From the NCBI GenBank assembly GCA_951406725.2, contig OX597816.1:110298001-110362000 (forward strand): 64,000 bases of DNA. The letters run 5' to 3'. The translations under genes were made by a program, and so were the position numbers. Positions 40,754 to 57,401 of this stretch are shown piece by piece. The notes beneath the pieces were generated by a model. The model had not been told where the DNA came from, did not search any database, and saw only the letters and a list, made by a program, of their open reading frames with translations. How positions within the stretch are numbered: position 1 is the stretch's first letter; each line of letters opens with the position of its first letter. Origin of the DNA: Octopus vulgaris. Lineage: Eukaryota.

Positions 40754-40950
40754 ACGCAAAAAGAAAACACAACAACGAGAGGACGTGGAACAAATATAGT
40801 ATTATTAGATGCTCAGGAAGGAAGGGAAGAAGGAGGGTTTAACGTTTCGAGCGGAGCTCTTCATCAGAAACATAGAAAAGGGGAAGATTCCGAGAAGGGA
40901 AGACGGAGGAAAAAAATCGCCAATGGTACACACGCGGTCACATTTTGAAT
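40750..40950 (-). mobile_element. PLE-type terminal repeat inserted in (TA)n
   Basis: ~200-bp insert with (TA)n on both sides, containing an intact hammerhead core. Confidence 0.75.
40837..40871 (-). ncRNA. Minimal type I hammerhead ribozyme (PLE type)
   Basis: Minus strand: GUUU-CUGAUGA-A-GAGC-ucc-GCUC-GAAACGUU^AAAC. Stem I GUUU/AAAC, stem II GAGC/GCUC, palindromic AACGUU in place of helix III. Confidence 0.8.
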
Positions 40951-40979
40951 GTATATATATATATATATATATTTTTTTT

Positions 40980-41332
40980 TTTTATATGTATATGTCTATA
41001 TGTAGTAGATGATGACTGTAAGCTTGAATTTGTGAAGGTATGGCACGATACTTCGTTAGATTACAGCTAATTCAGATGCCGACGTTCATAATCTTGGGAG
41101 AAAAGTAACTGTACATCCTGCAAAAACCCTTTCAGGTGGCTCAGTGTTAGATAAATCAAGCGAGAATTTCGCATTTTTTTTCAAGAATATTTTACTATAA
41201 TTAGCATGATTAAAGCACGCACGGAATCTTCTTTTAATGAATTGTATCAGGACGGAATTTCTGATACTGTCCTGATCACAATAGCACATGTTCGTTCTTT
41301 TAAATGTTTACATATCAAAACCATATACCGCT
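40980..41332 (+). repeat. Left arm of a 353-bp inverted duplication
   Basis: Reverse complement of 42212-42564. The identical 67-aa ORF appears at 41086-41289 (-) and 42255-42458 (+). Confidence 0.95.
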
Positions 41333-41813
41333 GCATAATATCGATCCATAGAGAGAAAATAAATATTCATTAAAATACCCGAACGTATTCCATCTCTGAA
41401 GGAATACTATTTTTAATATATACGTATTACCTTTCGTTTTCACGAAAATACATCCAATGTTTAAACACCAACTGAGTGCGTAGAATTTCATGCCAAACGC
41501 ATAAATCCCCCCCCCCACTCCGAAAAAAGGTAATTTACTTGTATGTATGTGTAAACGAGTAAGTATATATCTAAGTTTGTGTATGTGATATATAATTCAC
41601 GATACAAGTATAGGTAGACCACGGTGGTGAATACGTTGGAAAGATAGAGAACGTGCTATAATTGAAGAATACACGATTTACACTTTGCATAAATTATTTC
41701 AAAGTTCAATTTAAAGTCCATTTGCAGTTAGTTATACTAAGACATTTTATACATTTCACACACACATACATATATGTATGTATATATTACATCTAATATG
41801 TATATATGTATGT

Positions 41814-41870
<57 letters not shown>

Positions 41871-41935
41871 GGTCCCGGGTTGAGTCGGGGTTAACCACAG
41901 TAAATAAGGTACTCAATACATAGCAGAGTAAATTA

Positions 41936-41978
41936 ATTTATTTTATAGAAGGAGCTTCATAGAAGCTCCTTCTATAAA

Positions 41979-41984
<6 letters not shown>
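41936..41984. repeat. Perfect palindrome, 23-bp arms and 3-nt loop
   Basis: ATTTATTTTATAGAAGGAGCTTC-ATA-GAAGCTCCTTCTATAAAATAAAT, at the end of a ~115-bp insert inside (TA)n. Confidence 0.95.
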
Positions 41985-42050
<66 letters not shown>

Positions 42051-42211
42051 TCATCTATGTTGATATATGTATTTGTATGTGCGTGTTGTGCATATTCATA
42101 TGTGTATATATATATTGAAATTTGATTAAGCATTTCTAAATTGAAATTTTCCCTGTAAGTTTGGAATAATATTCCCTCATATTATATATACATATGAATA
42201 TATATATATAT

Positions 42212-42564
42212 AGCGGTATATGGTTTTGATATGTAAACATTTAAAAGAACGAACATGTGCTATTGTGATCAGGACAGTATCAGAAATTCCGTCCTGATAC
42301 AATTCATTAAAAGAAGATTCCGTGCGTGCTTTAATCATGCTAATTATAGTAAAATATTCTTGAAAAAAAATGCGAAATTCTCGCTTGATTTATCTAACAC
42401 TGAGCCACCTGAAAGGGTTTTTGCAGGATGTACAGTTACTTTTCTCCCAAGATTATGAACGTCGGCATCTGAATTAGCTGTAATCTAACGAAGTATCGTG
42501 CCATACCTTCACAAATTCAAGCTTACAGTCATCATCTACTACATATAGACATATACATATAAAA
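42212..42564 (-). repeat. Right arm of the 353-bp inverted duplication
   Basis: Bounded by (TA)n on both sides and preceded by a PLE-type 3' end at ~42115-42185. Confidence 0.95.
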
Positions 42565-42605
42565 TAAATTTATATATATATATATATATATATATCATAT
42601 TATCA

Positions 42606-42636
<31 letters not shown>

Positions 42637-43247
42637 TGTATTTAATTTTATACATTCTTGTCGTTATCACGTTATAATTCTGATGCTTGTTATACTTTGA
42701 CAGTTAAGTGTTGAACATTCTATTGTAATTTAAAGATTTATATGGGACACACATTAATATGACTTGTAAGCACCATAATCTATTTCGATTACCATATTTA
42801 ACCTATATCTCGTTTTCACTGATACACCATATTCAAACTGTTATAGCTGTAGATAATTAGGCCGTTACTTTTGATGCAATAAAATTGCAGACATATGCTA
42901 CGCTGTTTCTCGTTTTTCCAACGGACATTGTTATATACCAGGTCCTTTTATGTGCAACTCCATATGTTTATATATTTGCATTTATGTACATGCACAGACA
43001 AATACGTCATTATGTATACACACATGTATGTTTTTCTTACTTTCCAGGTGTTTTCAGAAGAAACTTTGTAAAATTGCAATTAATACGATACAAAATGCCG
43101 ATAGTAGGATAACTGAAATCATTTGAGTGAAGACGAGTGCAATTCAAAATGAAAATCATATACCACAAATTTATGCCCGCATAGGTTTACAGAAAAGCAT
43201 ACACTCGCGCATATACGCAAGCTCATATGCATGCATATATACATTTA

Positions 43248-43302
<55 letters not shown>

Positions 43303-43304
43303 TC

Positions 43305-43793
43305 TATGATGCAATACCAGGCAGTAGCTATCATGGCTTCTGATATGAACTGATTGGCAGTGGTAGCCAGTAAAAGTCTTGGTATAAAAGATGGGCTACA
43401 GTAAATATTCTACTCAATACCACAGATTTGCTTGTCACTTCTGATCAGGAGCAGAAGTAGTGGGGGAGAGTCATAGCCTTGTGTAGAGAGGAATTCTTTG
43501 GGGTTTGATTCACTCTAATTCACTTCTGGGAACTTGGTTGTTTTGTTCAACAGCCCTTATTGAATGAGCGTTTGAGCGGAATGGGCTAACCAACGTGGAG
43601 AAAATTTTACATGGGCCCCACCTGCGAGTTTATGCACTGTTTATCTTGATATAAGATCACCGTGTCGTTCACATATGGTTGTGATGCATGTGCCTGGAGT
43701 ACTCTCATCAGACTGGTATTCAAGAGGAGTATACCGGGCTTCGTATATTTGAATACCAGTGTTATTTTGCTGGCATACACTGCCCTCGCATTC

Positions 43794-43795
<2 letters not shown>
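43305..43795 (+). mobile_element. (TAA)n-associated interspersed repeat, probably a Dong/R4 3' UTR or non-autonomous derivative
   Basis: Reverse-complement homologue at 56733-57185 (e.g. tataaaagatgggctacag, tgtttatcttgatat). Both copies are bounded by TAA tracts. Confidence 0.6.
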
Positions 43796-43828
<33 letters not shown>

Positions 43829-43946
43829 TAATAATAATAATAATGATGAAGATGAGGATGATATGATGATGTTGATGATGATGATGATGATGATGGTGAT
43901 GGTGATGGTGATGGTGATGATGATGATGATAATAATAATAATAATG

Positions 43947-43997
<51 letters not shown>

Positions 43998-44000
<3 letters not shown>

Positions 44001-44165
44001 CATATAACATACAGAAAATTGCACTACTAGGCACTGCACACATCCTACGCAGAACACTTTCCATACAATAACCATCAGAACATCACAACAAATCACAGCA
44101 CATACCCAAGGCACACAGAGCTGCGCTCGGTAGTGAAGTGAAAGCACGCTATAAAAATAAAACTA

Positions 44166-44170
<5 letters not shown>
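43998..44170 (+). mobile_element. Short (~170 bp) Dong/R4 3'-end copy in (TAA)n
   Basis: Near-identical to the 3' end of 55437-56307. TAA repeats on both sides. Confidence 0.9.
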
Positions 44171-44231
<61 letters not shown>

Positions 44232-44378
44232 TTCTCCGATAGGAACAAGACCTGAAAATTGGGAGGAAGGTTGAATCCAAAGTCAACATCTGTGGAACAA
44301 TATTTCAGTACGTAAAGACGGACGAAATGTCGCAAAGTATGTTTCCCATTGTGCAAACGAGTCTGCCAGCGCTCCGAG
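44232..44378 (-). mobile_element. SINE family B, decayed
   Basis: Colinear with 35853-36053 (aagacctgaaaattggg...aaagtcaac...cgtaaagacggacgaaatg...ctgccagc). Confidence 0.6.
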
Positions 44379-44899
44379 GTAATAACAACAACAACAACAA
44401 CAAAAACAACAACAACAGCAGCAACAACAACAAAAACAGCAGCAGCAGCAACAACAACAACAACATTAATAATGTTAATAATGACAATCTTCTATAATAA
44501 TAATCTTGCGTTTTTCTCCATCACAACATATGAATGAGAAAGGAAGGTGTGATGGCAAACTAGTAGTGGGAGCGTTTGAACTCTGTGTCAGTAGGTGTGT
44601 TTATGTAAATGGAAGGTATGTGAAAGATTCTGTATGTGTTTGTGTGTGTATGTTTGCGTGTGTATGTATGTGTGTGTGTGCAATGGAAGTGGGATGGTTA
44701 AAAGACAAGTCAAATAGCCTTTCAACTCGGTGTGAATATATTTGTATATGTGTGCATGTACAATGGAAGTATGTGAATGTCTGTATGTGTGAACCAGCAT
44801 TCGTCAGTAACAAACGATGATCGATGTCACATCTCAAAACACAACCACACAAACGTGCGGTCAGTTTGCAAGAGATGTGAACGCCAAGAGAGATAATGA

Positions 44900-45165
44900 A
44901 TGCCGGTGGCTATGGATGAGGAGGAGTGACCTGCAGATAGGGACACTCATGTGCGCAGCTCAGGAACCGGCGTCCAGAACCAACAATATGAAGTGCAGAA
45001 TAGACAACACTACCGATAGTGCCAAATGGAGAATGTGTGCCGAGAGGTGGAATACGGTATGGCACATCGTTAGCGAATGCCCACAATTGGCACAACCCGA
45101 ATGCAAACGACGCCATTACAATGTGGCAAAAATGAATCATTGAGAGCTCTGTGGAAATCACTCAA
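44900..45165 (+). mobile_element. R4/Dong-like zinc-knuckle fragment
   Basis: WLWMRRSDL..LMCAAQE..RTN...RMC....TVWHIVSECPQLAQ.ECKRRH. Confidence 0.8.
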
Positions 45166-45586
45166 AGAGCAAAAACGCGGTAAGAGAAAACCACAGAATG
45201 ATTCGCCTTTTCAATTGCTTTTTTATATATTTATCTATCTTCGTATCTATTTACCTATCCTTCTGTCGATCTATTATTCTGCATGTCTCTCTGACTTTCT
45301 GCATGCCTGTCTACCTATATATGTAGTTCTAGTGCTCACATGCATATCTGCATGCAAATGGTGTCAATTTGCATACAGGTATGCGTATGGAATACGCATT
45401 AAAACATGTATTCAATATATTTACGCTCATCTAATTGAATTTTATATATCTAAAACTTGAAATATTTCTGCATGATATTGTTTTCAGTTGATACACACCG
45501 TTTCTATACTTTTGTATTTTAGCTGGCATATCAGTCGATATAGCCAGGGCGTTGCGCAGCGATCACTTGTACATCTGACGTTTGGC

Positions 45587-45774
45587 TCATAGGTACAGGC
45601 AATTTCTATTTGATGGAGGGAGTGCGCTAATGTACAGTACGAATATTTGATCATCTGCGCAGGTTGTACAGCAAGGAATTGCAGAACCGTATTTCTCTCT
45701 GGAGAGACAATAATTTTCCGTTGCACACAGGGGATATTCTTTGAAACACATATATTGAACCGATTTTCTGTCAT
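45587..45774 (-). pseudogene. Candidate Cys-rich exon or pseudo-exon (PLAC/ShK-like spacing)
   Basis: After the acceptor-like ttgttcatgtaacag, a frame reads DRKSVQYMCFKEYPLCATENYCLSREKYGSAIPCCTTCADDQ...*. No host gene identified. Confidence 0.25.
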
Positions 45775-47596
45775 CTGTTACATGAACAATATAAATCTAC
45801 AACTCGAATTACTTGTGTACTTCTGATTATACGCGCGAATACAGTAACTTTTCTTATAAGAAAACGTATTGTATTATCAGTCAATCACGTATATTTCATA
45901 AATTTAATACAGGTTCCTCTAATTATACGAATATTACGTACATTTGTTGTCTTATACGCACAAATCTATACATTACCGTTTAGATGTAGACATTTTAATG
46001 CATATTCAAGCATACTTATTGCGTACATTTATTACGCGTTCATCAGAAATTGCTAAAGTGTTATTCCCCAATAGATTGGATAATAACTAGCGTTACAAAT
46101 AACAAATCACCGTTCAGATTTGACATCGTGATTTACATTCGTAACTCTTATACATTATAAATGTTTGTTACTGCCCTATTCGCACTGTTCTTTGTTTTTA
46201 GCAGCCGTCTCACTTTCATTTTCAATTGCAATTTAGCTTTCTGCATATAAATTATTCAATGCATCATGTGATTTAACCTGCAATCATTCATACAAGTTTG
46301 AAGCTCTTCATTTCAAGATAGAAACAAAAATTAGTATGTTATGATGACAAATAGCAATTGTTGAACTTTGTCGTCCCTTTGTCAGTCTTTCTACTGATGG
46401 TATTCGTCTGATCTTCTAAACTTTATGCTAACCCCCATATAAATCTAATCAAAATGACCAGGTTTCGTTTATGTAACACGCTCGTTTTGTCTAATCTTCA
46501 ATTCAAATTATGCGTTTGCCACGGCAAATTTTCGATGCATGTATAACTTCCCTCCAAACACATGGAAGAATCGATGATTCCTCTCTGTTATTATTGGAAT
46601 TCATTATCTTCATTTTTTTAATGCCCACATTTTCAATACTGGTACGAAGGGCATCCATGTGCAACGTATCATGTATCTAATTTCATATCATAACGACTCA
46701 TATACCAGGTGAAACCATTTCGATTCTCATCTACTAATTCTTTCTATATTATGCTAAACATAACTGCACTCTTGATTTTCAAATGTTTCTGGAACACTAA
46801 TTTTTTTCCTAGCATGCATTGTATATTACTTAGTAGAACGTGCAATGAATGTTTCCTGCAGTGAAACCTCACCGTCTTTATTTTCTCTCTTTCCCTTTCC
46901 CTTTCTCTTTCCCATGTATTAAATCCTTGTAAGATAAAGAGTCCAATTCAGAAAAGGAGTATAAAACTGAGACTATATCAGCAATTGCTCAATTAAGTAC
47001 AAACGGTTGTAAGCTAAGTATAAGTATTACCACCTCTTTTACATCCTGATCCAGGTCGGTATAGATAAATTATTCAGCGGTGGTTTAATCAATGTGTTCA
47101 CACGACATACTTCGCGACACTACCAAAACGCCCTTATTCTTTCTATTTTTCACACAGAGGGGACAGTACATGACGGGGATAGAAAAAAGATGGAAGGGCT
47201 GAATTAGATAAAATGGTAAATGAAATTAAGCCGTTTGGCCCCACCGCCGAGCGATTTTACTGAACCAGTTAATACAACTCCTTTTTAAAACATTATTTGT
47301 AAGTTTAAAACATTATTTATAACCGTTAACTCTCATCTTTCCGAGGAACGTCCGTGTAAAATTTCTTTAAAAGTTCAAGATAGCTTACCCTTTCTGGTAT
47401 TGTACTAGTGTCCATTTTCTTGACGCACCACTCAGAGTCCTCATAATTTTTTACTCTCGAAAGATACTATGGGTCTGCCTCCGCACAATGATGTACTCGA
47501 GCAACCCCCTAACTTCTGCTATATTCACTTTCCTCGCTCTGTCCCACGAGTCTATTTCATTATAAGGCTTTTCATTTTGTCCGTTATACATTGTAA

Positions 47597-47691
<95 letters not shown>

Positions 47692-47961
47692 CTCATAAAT
47701 ACACACACCTATATTTAGACATACATATATTAATACACATACATGCATGTAATACATAAAGGTATACACATACACACACACTCGCACACTTACAGTTCCA
47801 TACATAAGCATACAACGTCAATAGTAATAAATTCTGATTCACACATAGAACTAACAACTTTGAGGGAATTGTGTTAGCTGACACATCGATTGGTACTTTA
47901 TTTTATTGATATCAAACGCATGAAATGCAAAGTTGACGTTGTCCAGATTTGAGATTAGAAC

Positions 47962-48015
<54 letters not shown>

Positions 48016-50204
48016 AAATGCAACATAATGTTTCCTATTATTAATCAATTATCCAACTAGCAGCTGTATGAAATGCATCACAAATAATGCTATTGTAAAT
48101 CATGACACTGAAATTACAATTCTCTAATGAAATTTTAACAATCAGTAATAATACGTTTCATCACAAATGCAATGCAAAACTGAAATATATAGAAAATGTG
48201 AGGAAATAGTTCTCGATAAATACTTTGAAATGTATTAATAAACAAACTTAGTTTTATACAAAGTTATGTCGCTAAATGATGCCATTTTTATTCTTTAAAA
48301 AATGGACTTTTAATGTCATACGCGAGTAAACTGAGATGACTACTCCTGAGATTACGAAAATTATATTGTACATCTGAATGTGATAATAAATAATTTCGTA
48401 ATGTAAATCATATATTAAATCCTATACTTTACATCATTGCCTGTATTAAGCTTTGTAAGATAAATCATATAGAGAAAACATGATTTTGGCGAAAACCATA
48501 AAATGTCATTTTACAGTACTTTTTTTTTATATTTTGGTTTATGGTATGCTATATATCAAAGTGAATATATTTTCAAATTGATTTGAAAGTGTGATAACAT
48601 GGCGGCATTTCGTGGTTATTTGAGAAAAAAACTACAACATAAACAACATATATTATACATTAATGTTCTTAAAAAATTTCAAATGAATACAATATACGGC
48701 ATGTTCATAAATTTCACCTATCTGTATTAGTGATAATTTAATTATGTCTAACTTTAAACAGAATTTTTTCTCAAGTTCACTTAGACACTATATCCAGTTT
48801 ATTTATTCATTCAATGTTCAGAGAGCGTAAGTAGCGATTTGGTAGATTATTTACCGTTCCTGATGTATACCACTTTTATGTCCTTAGCTCAAATGTCACC
48901 GCGGCCGATTTTGTCTTTCATCAATCGTGGTCGATAAAATAAATACCAGCTGAACACTGGAGGCCAATGAAATTGACTTAAGCCCTGCCCCGAAAGTTCT
49001 GACGCTGTCGCAAAATTTAAGACCAATGCCGTCAATATTTTGGTGGAAAATTTCCATCCACAATGTTGGTGGGGCTTTGAGGAGGTGACACTCTATGATG
49101 AAGATGACTTTTAGTTGATCCGATGTAGGTGGCTGTACAAGAATAAGTCAGCTGGTAGATATCATTTGATTTTTAAACACAGGTGTATCTGTCCGATTTG
49201 GCGTGTAGTACATCAGTTAAGAACTCAAGATATGTACGTCATCCGTCATGAATCACAGATCATATAATAGAAAAGCCCCTCCCCGAAATAAAATTGGATT
49301 GATTATACAGGAATTAATAGACGTTAGCTAAATATGATATGAATGATGTTCATAATAATCTCATCTCTTGTGTATTTTCTTCATCTAGTAAATATCTTCT
49401 CCACTACGATTCCCTAAAACTTGAGAACTACACAACCAATTCCATTCAAATTTTACACATGCCTTACTTAGGGTGCATGTAGTTTCATGGGCAAAAAAAA
49501 TGTTCAACTTCTGGCCTAGAGCGAGCTCATAGCAATATCATATCTTCTCCACTATTTCAGTATTACGTGTCAAAAGTGAAACAAAAACGTTTTTCTATTT
49601 TATGTCAGATACTTTCACTTTAACAATAAAAATAATAATAATAACAATTGAACTATATGTAGTAAGTAATAATTAAAATCAAACTAAAGTACAATATAAT
49701 CGTAACATGACAAAAGTAAAAATAGCAATTGTTATAAAATTGCATCAATGATTTGAACTTGAATAAGTGGTTTCACATGAATAGGAATAAATTAAAAATA
49801 AAATTAGCGTGCAGGAATGGAATAGTCCAGATGGATAATAAAAAATTGAATTAAAGAAAAGACTATTGTCTATAAAGTATACAATGTAGAGAAAAAAGAA
49901 GATTTGAACACGTGGAGGAAAGCACCTTCGAAAAGTGTCTTGGTGCGACTATGAAAGGTATCTAATCAGAGGCGGTAAATTCGCCACAATAGAAACAAGG
50001 TTCGAGTCAACGGAGCGTGCAAGGGAGTACTCGACTCGAACTTGCAAAGTGGAAATATTTTATTTTTACCTTTATATCTGGGACGTAGGACGTCTCGCAC
50101 TAGCGATATCAAGATATAACTTTGTATTTTGTATTTTATGTGTAGATGTATATATATAGATGTACATGTAATATGTTCACATATATATACACATATATAC
50201 AGGC

Positions 50205-50247
50205 ACTAGCATTTATGACCCGGCAACGACGGGTCTTTAATGCTAGT
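50205..50247 (+). mobile_element. Helitron-like 3' terminus or minimal palindromic element
   Basis: GC-rich hairpin GACCCG-gcaacga-CGGGTC, then 7 nt, then CTAG followed by T. Confidence 0.5.
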
Positions 50248-51158
50248 ATATATATATATATATATATATACACACAAACACGCATAACTTCATACATAAG
50301 TTTTAGCCTCTCTCAGTAGTTTATCTGTGGCACAGAGTTAATGCGTTTTGCGTAATGACATGAGATAACACGAATTTGACCCTTGGCGCACTGTAGTGTC
50401 AAGTAATATTTTCAGTCTAGGATCTGCGCAATAGAAGTTTTATGTTACATTTTTTTCTGAATGAACGCGAAGTCCAAGAAGCCATTTGTGAGCAAATTGT
50501 GTTGTCATATTAGTAATATGCATCGTTACTCGTGTGGATTCCCAGGTGACACCGACTATGACACTTGTATTGACCTCTGTATTCCGAATGTAATCAATTT
50601 GTGCATCTGATAGAAGAGTACACGCACATACGTATGTATGTGCGTGTATGTGTGTGTATTTGTGCGTATGTGTGTATGTATGTATATGTGCATGTATACC
50701 TGTTTGTGTGTGTGAGCATGTGTGTGTGTGGGCGGGTGTATGTGTGTGAGCGTGTATGTGATACGTGCTTTCTGGCGTTTGGTTCGGTCTGGATTATCAC
50801 CAAAATCTGGAGCACCAATCATTTACCAATTTGTTGTGCAATGAGTTCTGACCGGAAGCCATACCCTTGTAAAGAGAATTACGTATACATACCTACATAT
50901 AAACGAGTAATTGTATGGCGAGTACATATGTTTATACACACAGAGGCACACACACGAAACAGTTTGATTACAATTCATTGGTAATCTGAGTTTTAAGCTT
51001 GATGCTAATCATCACCTATTTAAAATTGAAATTGTATGAAGATTAACATCACGTTTGAAACACAGAGTACCAAGGAATTTTAATCAAACTGTTGTGATCC
51101 ACACGTGTAACTCTCAATAAATGTGTTGAGTGCCCTTCTTCAGTGTGTCCCCTCCCTC

Positions 51159-51192
<34 letters not shown>

Positions 51193-52595
51193 GTAGTAGT
51201 AGTAGTAGTAGTAGAAGTAGTAATAATAATGATGATGATGATGATGGTGATAAAAAGTGACAGCAAAAGAACGTGACTTCGGTAATAGGTAAATAGCGGA
51301 TTATTTATATATGTATAGTTTAGGACAATAAGTAAATTGTCATAATAGTACTCTTTCTGGCTACGTTTGTGTTGGTGGAAAATGCATTTTGCTATTGAAT
51401 TTTGTTTTCTTTTTAGATGTGTGAATATTTTGCAGGCATTTTGAGTTGAGTACATCTTTTGCACATATTTAGATAATGAATATCTTTCAGCGTTCCATAT
51501 ATTCGAATACTATTATGAAATGCACATTAAAACAGAGGAACAGGAGTTAAATGATCAGAAATTGGGAAACACATAAAGTGACGAAAAGTGTATTAAAAGT
51601 TATAGAAAAGAAGACCGTCAATAAAAGAAATAGGAAGCAGGTCAGACGTTTGGGTGTTTGAGAAATATATCATTTACCACAGAAAACGTAATAGATGCTA
51701 GTGAAGTGATACATGTTTGTAATTGACCTTGTTATTGAATATTTCTATTTCATTATAAGTATCCGTAAATGTAGATCGGGAAAGTTACGAAATGCATTAG
51801 CAAGAATTAAATGAATTCAAAAGTGCTTTTGTGATATTGGAGAAAACCATATGGATGGATAGAATACATTAGAAAATTTGTAATATTGCCTATCGGATAT
51901 GCCATAAGCATTTTAAGTGGGACACGGAATTGCATTAGAGCAATTTTCAAAGTTTTATAATAGGTAATGATCAGCTGCCATATGTAATATTTATGTGATA
52001 TCTTATGCACGTAAGACAGAGTTTCAGATAAGTTTGTTAGCGTATATGCTGTGACAGACATGTTGTAATGCAGCAGGGGTTAGTAGAAAGATATAACAAA
52101 TAAAATTATTGAAAATTACAACATATTAATAACAGATGTACGTTACAAATATAAGAGTTTAGAAGTATTTAGATGAATATAAGCGACTAACGTATGTGAA
52201 CTTTTGGCAGCCAATATATTATATCCTATTCTTCCTTTAATACGGTAGTCTGAAATGTTTTGTATGCTGTAATAATATTCCATGCGTAATCGAATATATA
52301 AGCAGTAAACATTAAATCAGCGAGTGTGTAAGTGTACACATGTGTATATGTGCTTTATAATTTAGGCTCAATGACAGCAATTCCGAGTGGGAGAGTGTTG
52401 TACTTTTAGTTTTACGATTTTCTTTCCTGGTTGTCATTGGAATTTTCTCTCAAATACGAGGTTATCATATGTTCATTAATATTGACATATCTAAAAATTT
52501 TAAAAGTAACTTTACATATTTTAAAAATACATATTTCAATGAAAGATCATTTCCACTGGCACGTATGCGCGTATATTAACACACACACGCATATA

Positions 52596-53990
<1,395 letters not shown>

Positions 53991-55436
53991 CGTTCAGAAG
54001 CTAGCACAATACTGAGACGGTAGTAACATAGGTTATAAGAACAGACAAGCACACATACACAAATGGAGACTGAAACACATGACCATATATACACACACTT
54101 TACTCCACACAAGGACACATATGGAGACACGGATCCACACGTCCAGAGATGCACATCCATACATACAAACATGGTACATAGTTACATAACACACACAGAC
54201 ATACACACAAAAAGTGACAGAGTTACATACATATACAAACACACGCTCACACATACATAACATAAAAAATACACAAACACGGACATGCAAGCACATAAAT
54301 ATACAGGATACATACAGATGCACACATACATACATATTTATATTAATTTTTGGTATACTCATTAGCATTTCGCTAAATCAATCTCAAATTGTTAGGGCTA
54401 AGACATATACTGACAGCCGAATGTAGCCAAAGTCTCGACCGTTTGAGAAGTCACCTCTTATTAGCCTACAACTAACAGGCGAGACTAGTCTAGTCTAGTG
54501 ATCCTAGAGACGGCCATGGTGCAGTTACCTCTTCTCTCACTGTAATATACGCATAAGTACAAACGTAAAGAAAGTATATTTCCAAGTGTATCTTGTAATA
54601 TATATGATGTATAATGCTCTACTATCACGAGATATAATCTGACATGCGCATAATTTGAGTAAAATGGTTCTACTATAGGTGACAATAAAACTTTGAGACT
54701 AATGGATATTAGATATTGTATTGTATTTTACATAAATTTGGAGTGAAAATTAAGGCAAATACATCATTTGGTGAGCGTATGCAGCATGAAATGTAAGATG
54801 GCCAGCTTTAGCGTAAAAACCCGGAAAAACATTGCTAATCGACATGCAGCTTGATTTTATAGACACGATGTTTAACTTTTCCGTATACCGTATTACGTTA
54901 AATATATCTGTTAGTTTTTCAGCAAATATCTAATAGGGATGTTTAATGAATACTTTCTGAAAACAGCCATTAACAAAGATCAAGGAATTGTTCATACTTT
55001 CGAATTTGAAATGGATATGCCTCTAGGTTAAAACCACAGCAAATATGCTATGAAGGAGATATATCATAAGAAGACATTATAAAGAAAACTGCTGATGGTA
55101 TATAAGTTGGCATATCAGTTGGATTTACTATTTAGAAGATCCCTATCAAATTTAGAAATGGCACTCTTAAAAACTGCGAAAGTTGTTTAAATGGAACACG
55201 TCAAATATAACGACATTTATACCCTTGTCCCATTGACACTTGTAAGGAAAATTGGTAAGGTTAACTATATCTAACTTCTGAGAATTGCTTGTCAGGTCCC
55301 ATGCAACAAGTTAGCACCCGCACGTGCGCGCGCACACACACACACACCCACACACACAGATATAGACAGAAGCATGCATTATTATTATTGTTGTTCTTGT
55401 TCATGTTATTTTTTATTACTATTATTATTATTATTA

Positions 55437-56709
<1,273 letters not shown>

Positions 56710-56732
56710 GCTGTTGTTGTTATTGTTATTAT

Positions 56733-57185
56733 TGAGTGAGAGACCAGTGCATGCCATCAAAGTGACACTGAGGTAATATATACAAAGCCCAGTATACCCA
56801 TCATGATTACCCGCCTGATAAGGTTACACTAGACACATGCATCACAGCTATATGTGCGCGACATGGTGTTTTCATATCAAGATAAACAGTATATGACCCT
56901 GCATATGGAGCCCCTGACCGAGTAACCCATCCCGCTCAAAAGGTCCCTGAATAAGGGCTGTTTAAGGATGTTGAACGAAACACCAATGTTTCCAGAAGTG
57001 AATTGTTCAAACCCCAAAGAATCCTTCTCAACACATGGCTATGATGCTCCCCACTACTTCTGATTGTGATCAGAGCTGCACATATCGTCAGCCACTAAGG
57101 GGCATGCTCAACTGTTTAAGGTCAAACAACTGAGAAGCAAATCTGTGGAACTGAGCAGAATATTTGCTGTAGCCCATCTTTTATA
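56733..57185 (-). mobile_element. (TAA)n-associated interspersed repeat, homologue of 43305-43795
   Basis: Shared blocks in reverse orientation. TAA tracts on both sides. Confidence 0.6.
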
Positions 57186-57262
<77 letters not shown>

Positions 57263-57296
57263 ATTATCATTATTCTTCTTCTTCTTCTTCTTCATC

Positions 57297-57401
<105 letters not shown>

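Noticed and set aside
41086-42458. Duplicated 67-aa ORF (MCYCDQDS...) as a gene pair
   Set aside because: A by-product of the inverted duplication, with no domain or splice evidence.
50780-50870. IAQQIGK/MIGAPD as a degenerate HExxH zinc-protease motif
   Set aside because: Needs a frameshift and lacks the zinc-binding residues, so it is likely chance.
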